Position numbers and translations under genes: made by a program | Assembly: GCF_009914755.1 (NCBI RefSeq) | Contig: NC_060930.1 | Origin: the human T2T-CHM13v2.0 reference genome, Homo sapiens | DNA: 64,000 nucleotides | Strand: one strand, 5' to 3' | In this document: positions 55,401-64,000 of the stretch, piece after piece | Layout: every line of letters starts with the position of its first letter | Numbering within the stretch: the stretch's first letter is position 1 | The notes under the pieces: model-generated | What the model was told of the DNA's origin: nothing | The model's input: only the letters and a program-made list of their open reading frames with translations | Database searches by the model: none

Positions 55401-57343
55401 ATGATAGAAGAATGTTTTCTGACTCGCTTTTGTTCTCCCCATCTCTTTCAGGTACCCCAATCATTTGTAACTTTGGTCTTTTTTACATAATCTCATGTTT
55501 CTTGGAGGTTTGTTTGTTCCTTTTTATTCATTTTTGTCATTTTGTCTGCCTCTCTCATTTCAGAAAGATAATCTTCACATTCTGAGATTGTTTTCTCTGC
55601 TTGTTTTATTCTGGTGTTGATACTTGTAATTGCATTGTGAAGTTCTCATGCTATGTTTTCCAGCTCCATAAAATCAGTTATGCTGCTCTCTAAACTGACT
55701 ATTCTGATTATCAGCTCTTAGCTTGTTTGCATTGGGTTACAACATACTCCTTTACCTCAGTAAAGTTTGTTATTACTCACCTTCTGAAGCCTACTTCTGT
55801 CAGTGCAGCCATCTTAGCATCAGTCCATTTCTGTGTCCTTGCTGGATAGATGTTGTGGTCATTTGGAGAAGAAGAGGCCCTCTGGCTGTTTGACTTTTCA
55901 GTGATTTTGTGTGTTGATTCTTTCTAATATTTGTGGGCTTATCTACCTTTGATCTTTGAGGTTGCTAACCTTTGAACTGGACTTGAGGTGTCGTTTTTGT
56001 TGATGTTGTTGTTGCTTTCTGTTTGTTTGTTTTCCTTTTATTTGTCAGGCCATTCTTCCATAGAGCTGCTTGGTTTCCTGGGGGATTGCTTCAGACCCTA
56101 GTTGCCTGGGTTTTTCCCTTACCTGGAGTATCACCAATGAAGGCCACAAAACAGCAAAGATGGCAGCCTGCTCCTTCCTCTGGGAGCTCCATCCCAGGGG
56201 TATACTGACCTGTTGCAGGCCTGGACACTCCTATAGGAGGTGTCTGGAGACCCCTATTGGGAGGTCTCACCCAGTCAGGAGAGACAGGATCAGAAACCTG
56301 CTTAAAGAAGCAGTCTGGTTGCTTTTTGGTAGAGCAGGTGTGCTGCATTGAGGGGAACCCTTCCTTGTCCAGAACACCTGGACTCTCCAGAGCCAGCAGG
56401 CTGGAAAGCCAGAGTTGACTGAACCACAGAGACATTGGCCCCTCTCCTTCACCCCCCAACCCCCCGCAACCCCTGGGGCTCCATCCCAGGGAGAGATCAG
56501 AGTTCTGTCATATAACCCTGGCTGGAGTTGCTGAAATTCCCACAGGGGGTACCTGTCCAGTGAGGAGGGATGCATTGGGGTCCCACTTAAAGAAGCAGTC
56601 TGGCCATGATCTGGCACAGCAGCTCTTGTTGGGGACTCCTCCTTATTCAGACCGCCTAGACTCCCCAGAGCCAGCAGGCTAAAATAGCCGAGTTGACCTA
56701 ACCACAGAAATAGTGGCCACCCCTACCCACAGAAACTTGTCTATCTCAGGCAGTCTCCAACCTCTTGCACTAGTTGGCTGGAATTTCAAGCCAGTGGGTC
56801 TTAACTTGTGAGGTGCCATGGAAGTGGGGCCCACAGAACAATGCTGCTTGGATCCCTGCATTCAGCCCCCTTCCTAGGGGAATATACAGAAGGATCTCCT
56901 GATTTGCCAGGATTCCCAAGGTGGGAGTCTAAAACTCCTGGGTTATCTCTATGTGAACATGAGTGACTGCTCTGCTGAGACTCTGCACAGCTCTGTGTAT
57001 CAGACCCAAGGCCCTGGTGGTGTGGGCTCACAAGAGGATCTCCTGATTCATGGGTTGCAAAGATCCCTGGGAGAAGTGTGGCTTCCCAGGTAGGGTCACA
57101 CAATCATTCACCACTTCTCTTGGCTGGGGGTAGGGGTTCCTTTGGCTCCATTGTCACTTTCTGGCAGGTCTTTGCCCCACCTGCTTTTCTTTGTTCTCTG
57201 TGGGTCTAGCTGTTTGCCTAGTCAGTCCCAATGTGAGAACCTGAATATTTCAGTTGAAGGTACTGAATTCACTCACCACTTTCATTTCTCTCCGTGATAA
57301 CTGTGGACTGCAGCTGCTTCTAATATGTCATCTTGCCCCCTTC
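52460..57343 (-). mobile_element. L1PA10-13-like LINE-1 with intact 5'UTR and an ORF2 deletion of about 1.6 kb
   Basis: 3'UTR gcacagatcaacccatcacctaag...ccattagctattcttcctgatgc; ORF2 pieces 53230..53688 and 54132..54644. The minus strand begins gggggcaagatgacatattagaagcagctg. Confidence 0.92.
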
Positions 57344-60278
57344 TATCATTCCTTTCTTTTAAAAAAAATATAGTTTAAGTAACTTAGTGCAGTATTGATT
57401 TTGAATAATATAGTAGAAATTCCAGTTTCAGCCTAAACTGTATTCACATCTAGAAATAAGCATATATGGGCATTTCTGAAGAATTGGGAGGGAAGTCCAA
57501 TCTTATGGAAGTCCATTTTCATGTGTGGTAATTCATCCTGAGAGCTAAAGGAATAATGCATGAGAAAAAAACTGACTTAGTAAGAAAACCTAAAGGAAGG
57601 ATGAATTTTTCCCTATTTAACATCAGATTACTATGGAAATTTGGCATTTTAAAGATGCAGATTCCTCCTTTGGTGGAGACAGCTAACCCTTGAGAAATAC
57701 GGTGGTTTTCCATGCATACTGTGTGGGAGAAAGGTGATGCTAGTGGGAACATGTGAGACACTCAGGAAACTTGGATAGGTGGGGCTTGGGAACATTTTGT
57801 AAGGGAGCTGAAATGCTCCATGATCAGGTGTGGGTAAATGCTTTGGGCCATTACTATTAATGAAACCTACATTATATGTATGATTATGTACCGAAGTATC
57901 TAATCTCAATAAGCACAACTGGTAACCTAGTAAGTGCTGAGTGCTCCTTAATGCTAGCCTTCCCTGGGGGGCTCCTGTAACACACCATATACACTTAGAA
58001 CTCTGTTCAATTTGTATTCTTCGATCAAAGTCAAGAGGTTTATAAAGAGCACTTAACACTTACATGTTAATCAATTTTGTAATATTTATTCAAAGTGCAA
58101 AGTTTGAGGAAAAGTGAACCCCCTTCCTTTCTTGACATGTGTGAAATGATAAATTATTTTCATTCATTACAGATAAAGTTTGTTGAAAATAATACTAAAA
58201 TGATTTTCTGGAATGTAGAACTAACTTTTATTCTGGAAAAATAATGTGTCTGTCCCATAAAAACTAATTTTCCTTTGTAAATATATTTAATCTCATTAAT
58301 CATGCTAAATTGTGTGTATGTGTGTGTGTGTTGTGGTGAGAGGGCTGAGGTTTCTAACTTATGTATTTCAAAAGTCATCTTTTTTGAGGTTACATAATTC
58401 TTAGGGTTTCCTACATGACTCACAGGAGGTAGAATAAGCTAATATGCAATTTGTATAGCTTGGCATTATATTTTTATTCTTCAGCACATTTTTTTCTCTG
58501 TATAAAAACATTAGATTGACTTTCCCTCAGGAGATCTGTCTCAGTATACTTCCAGAAACTATTATTATAACCTCTTTACTTGGCTTATAGTAACCCAGGC
58601 CTTTTGCTCTGAGCATTGTTACTAACCATTGTTCTTAACTATTCTAAAATGCTGGTTATTTCTAGAACTCTATGCCTGAGTCAATCTTGTCAGCTGATTT
58701 GTTTCCTTCTTAGATTTGACATTCACCCCTGAGACTCTCCGTCCTCAAAGTCTGTAATACTTTTCACTGTTCTCGGCACACCCCCTATTCCTCTGTTGTG
58801 AAAAAACACCTGGCATTATAACAGGAAAAGTTGTGGGTGGAGATTGAACAGACTTGGGAAGTCCAGGGGTGAAACAGTGATGCCAGGACAGGTAAAGGTG
58901 GCATGACTTGGGCAGGCAAAGGAAACTGAGGTTGAGAAATGGAAAGTCACCTAATTAAAGTCAGTTAACTAGCAAGTGGTAGACAGCCCTGGGTACCAAG
59001 CCTGTGAGAGTGCTCTGTAATCTCCTCTCAACTTATCTGGGTCTCTCTTGTACTACAGCTCAGTAAAGAGAAGCAATAGTATCATGCTTACAACTGTATC
59101 CCAGGTCATAGGTCTGGAACTGGGTAAGACTTGATAAATACTGTGAAATTCATTAATGAGTAAAGAATAATATGCTTGCATTAAAAACCCACTATCTTTC
59201 TCAATGTTATGCCCTTCTTAAAAGTCATACAAAGAAAGTGCTCCTTCCCTTGTTTCAGTGGAAGTGGTAGTGGAGAAGTTCTGAGACAAGGAAGATATGA
59301 AAAATAACAGACATACGTGCAAAATGGAAATGTAACTTACTTGCCTCTGATTATGAAGGCAGAAATGAACAAACACCTGTAATTTGAGATGACTTCACCT
59401 TTGGGCAGATGACTTCATCTATTCTTTTCTATTGGAAAAATTACCCCAGTGACACAAATATACAGCAAAGACTCTCTTCGTTTAGAAAAGATTGAGGTTT
59501 TAATGGCTAGTAGGCACTAAACCGCTCCTCACAATAAGAAAAGTTACCCATGATACAGAGTTCATCTCTTAGAGTCTTTTACCCATAGACAAATGGTCCT
59601 TTCCATGGCTGGATTTAGGCTACCCTGTTTTGTATAAACTTACAGATGGCTCTTGTCCGCTGTGAGTTTGTAAAGCAGTTGACCACAGAGAATACAGGTT
59701 AGATTCCTTAAGACTGCAGGAGAGATCTTTAGGCCTCGTGTCAACCTGAAAGCCCTCATGAAACAAAGACCTCATAAGGCACAGTGAACAAGACCTGGAC
59801 AGGGCTGTTGATGAATAATTCAGAGTTCAGGAATAAATTTAAACTGATTTCTTACATGGATTGAACTCAGCAGGGTACCACCAAGAAACAGGGTTTTTCA
59901 ATCTTAACACCACCAATTAATTAAATATTGTAGAATCAATCTTTCCTACCCTGTCTCAGCATTTTGAGAAGATTACATTGCTTTTCAGTTATTTGCAGAT
60001 ATTGAAACCTAAAATCTAGTCTAATTCAAAATTCTAATTTTACTTGCAATTTAGTGCTTCTCTCTTTCCTTTAGTGCAAGACTAGCCCAAGGTCTGAGAA
60101 CAAGGGTGGGAAAGAGAAGGAGATACACACACACACCACAGAGACAGGAAGACAGAATCTAAGAGACAGAATGTGAGACAGAGCTAGAGAACCTATGCAA
60201 ACACCTGAAGTTACTAAGAAAGTACCACTCACGAGTGTAGAATATCTCCCTTTAGTGCGACAATAACAATGGCATTTA

Positions 60279-61336
<1,058 letters not shown>

Positions 61337-61892
61337 GATTTAAAAAATCAGGCAGAAATTTCTGTTTAGATCTTTAAAATGTAACAACAGAAATCCTTTA
61401 TTTATTTATAAAATAATTTAAATAATAATTTATATAATATAAATTTAATATAAAAATATTTGTTTTATTCCTTTTCAAACCATTACTCCTGTGGCATTGT
61501 GTGAAATGTTTTGAGTGATAATGACAGCAGGGGGTTTTCATATTATTTCAAATATATAGAATATATGTATGAAAGCATAAATAACATGCCTGCATCACTG
61601 CAAAGTTGGAGTGTAGAAGCTGAGAACTTGGAATTGGTGAGTAGTGATATAGACTGAAGTTACCCTGAAGGGTTAAATAAGACATACTAATGAATATTTA
61701 TGTTCTCAACAAATATGTGAAGAATTTCTACTATTTGTTTATGGCTAAAATTGCTGTACCTAACTAAGGTTAGAGACATCAAGAAATAGAAACATTTGAA
61801 TGTGTCCAAAATTCAATTGACAATAGTAGTTTTATAAGCACTCTAATAAGCAGTGCTCCCACTAAACAAAAGTTAATATTGATGTCACGATG

Positions 61893-61965
61893 CATATATA
61901 TATATATATATATACATATATATATGAGGCATATATACACATCATGATATATATATATATATGAT
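61893..61965. repeat. Interrupted (TA)n microsatellite
   Basis: catatatatatatatatatatacatatatat...gatatatatatatatatg. Confidence 0.9.
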
Positions 61966-62474
61966 AGATGAGAATAAATTTCCATGGTTTGCTGGTAAAC
62001 CTTTCAATTAAAAATTATTTATTTTCTTACTTAAAAACTTATATGTGATGTCCAGTATGTAAAGTTAGGAAAGATAAATTTAAAAAAAGGAACATAAGAA
62101 CTAAAATCACCTGGTATTCTACCATTTAGAAATAGCAAATGTTCAATGTCTGATGAATTCTATGTAGTTTCTTTTTCTTTGCAAATATAAGTCTATCTAC
62201 ATATTTTACAAATGTGGCATATAAAGTTATATTTTTAAAATTTGAATTTGTTTCTTATCTCATGGTTTTTAAATAAACAAACCATATTTTTGCTATTATA
62301 AATAGTGCTACAATAAAAATTTTTGCATATGTCTCTTAGGTACATACAAGATCATCATTGTTATATCTTTTTAGTGGAATTATACTTTTATGTATTTATC
62401 TCTTTTAATGAATTTTGCCTTAACTTGTATCTTATCTACAATTAACATTCTACCTGAACTTTCTCTTGGTTGGT

Positions 62475-62660
62475 TTATGTATATAATTTCAATAGCTTTG
62501 TGGGTACAGGTGGTTTTTGGTCACATGGATGAATTTTATAGTGGTGAAGTCTGAGATTTTAGTGCACCTGTCATCCAAGTAGTGTAGATTGTATTCAGTA
62601 TGTTGCTTTTCATCCCTCACCTCCTTCTCTCTTGCCCCTCTTCTTGGTCTCTAAAGTTCT
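62475..62660 (-). mobile_element. L1PB-like 3'-end fragment within decayed L1M sequence (about 62030-63000)
   Basis: atttcaatagctttgtgggtacaggtggtttttggtcacatggatgaattttatagtggtgaagtctgagattttagtgcacc. Confidence 0.8.
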
Positions 62661-63132
62661 TGGCTAGTTTTTGCAAGACATAGTCTCTCCCTTAATTTTA
62701 TGTTCAATCTCTGTGATTTATGTATGCATGTGTGTGAGTTTTCTAAGCATGTCTCTTGTCAGCATGATACTGCTGGGTTTTTTTTTTTTAAATTGAACCA
62801 TGAAATCTGTTTATTTTAAAATAGATTTAATTCATTTTCATATATTGAAGCTAATGACTGTAATTAATGTTTAATGATTGGAATTATTTCTGCAACCTAT
62901 TTTCTGTTTCTCATATATTTTTTTCTTTTGTTACTTGTCTACTTCTCTGCCTTGTTTCTCTGCCTTGTGTTGGATTTTTTTTTAGATTTCTCTATCGTTT
63001 TAGAAATTTCATTCAGTTCAATAATAATTTGGCACTTACTCTGTAACAGTCACTGCTCTAGATACTAAGAAGTCAATGGTGACCAGAGAAGATGCATATC
63101 TCTTCATGGAGTTTATATTCTAGCAAAGGGTA

Positions 63133-63400
63133 GTAATAGTAGCTAACCATCCTATGAGAATAAGCGCCAGACACTGCGCTAAGCATTTTATGTATATATA
63201 TTTTTTATATATTTATATATATTAACTAATTACCTCAGAACAGTCCTATGAGATATATATTATTGGTATGTCCACATTATAAAGAAAAAATAAGCCACAG
63301 AGAGATAAAATAATTGGCCTAAAGTCATATAGCCAGCAAATGAAAAGAACTAGAATTCAACCCAGACATTCTTGATCCAGTGTTCGTGTTTTTCCTCACC
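63133..63400 (-). mobile_element. MIR, flanked by L2 fragments
   Basis: taatagtagctaacc...ccagacactgcgctaagcatttta...gccacagagagataaaataattggcctaaagtcatatagc. Confidence 0.75.
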
Positions 63401-63699
63401 CCTGGCTAAATCAGGGCCATGTTTTATAAAGTATTGGACAAGACTGTTGGGAGGTTTTGGTGTGACATGTTATAGTATTAGATAACATGGTCAGAAAGAA
63501 CTCACTCAGAAGGTGATATATGAAAGAAACAAGTCATGCAGATATCTGGCGGAGGGAGGATTGCAGGTGGAAACAAGTACTAAGCCCTGTTGTGGTGGTT
63601 GCCAACAAGAAGTCCCTGTGCCTGCGGACAGCAAAGATTCAATGATAAAGGCAAACAAAAGGCTGGGTCACACAGACCCTTACAGTCGCAGAAAGAATT

Positions 63700-63843
63700 T
63701 CTGTTTTATTGGATCACAGCCACACCCTTCATTTATATTGTACATCTGGACAGTAGAATGGTTCCAATAGAGGCTATATGGCCGGCAAAGCCTAAAGTAT
63801 GTACTGTTTGACTCTTTACAGAAAGTGTGCCAAGCTTTGTTCT
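63700..63843. mobile_element. MER58A-like DNA transposon fragment
   Basis: gttttattggatcacagccacaccc...tatggccggcaaagcctaaagtatgtactgtttgactctttacagaaag. Confidence 0.8.
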
Positions 63844-64000
63844 ACACCCAGAATGTTTGTTGACTGAATGAATAAAATAATTCAATTTTGATACTTTGTC
63901 ATATACATAGTGATATCATTATATACAACATAATGTATATTATATAATATTCATTGTATATTTGTTTTATGTACATTAAACATATATATGTAATACATAT

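Overview
This is primate (very probably human or great-ape) nuclear DNA. It is AT-rich, CpG-depleted and dominated by interspersed repeats. I can support no intact cellular protein-coding gene, RNA gene or CRISPR array. The longer ORFs in the track are broken L1 ORF1/ORF2 pieces, Alu/THE1 translations or simple-repeat artefacts. Main contents: (1) Six L1 copies over 1 kb that are young enough to resolve, including two twin-primed 5'-inverted insertions (L1PA7-like 5575-11017; L1PA2-like 60288-61336) and two copies with intact 5' ends but large internal deletions (L1MA-like about 36795-45250, containing a full LTR-int-LTR THE1 provirus; L1PA10-13-like about 52460-57343). (2) About 11 Alu/FAM/FLAM copies, several with clear target-site duplications (TSDs). 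(3) THE1/MLT1/ERV1 solo LTRs, MER5/MER58 DNA transposon fossils, MIR/L2 fragments and two long polypyrimidine tracts. The only non-repeat signal of note is a speculative + strand spliced transcript: a GC-box/G4 patch with a splice donor at about 22.45-22.54 kb, and candidate exons 24790-24870, 29182-29233 and 29675 onward. It fits the strong minus-strand bias of the L1s and Alus. I found no convincing novel biological system. Subfamily names come from remembered diagnostic motifs, not alignment, and boundaries of old repeats are approximate.
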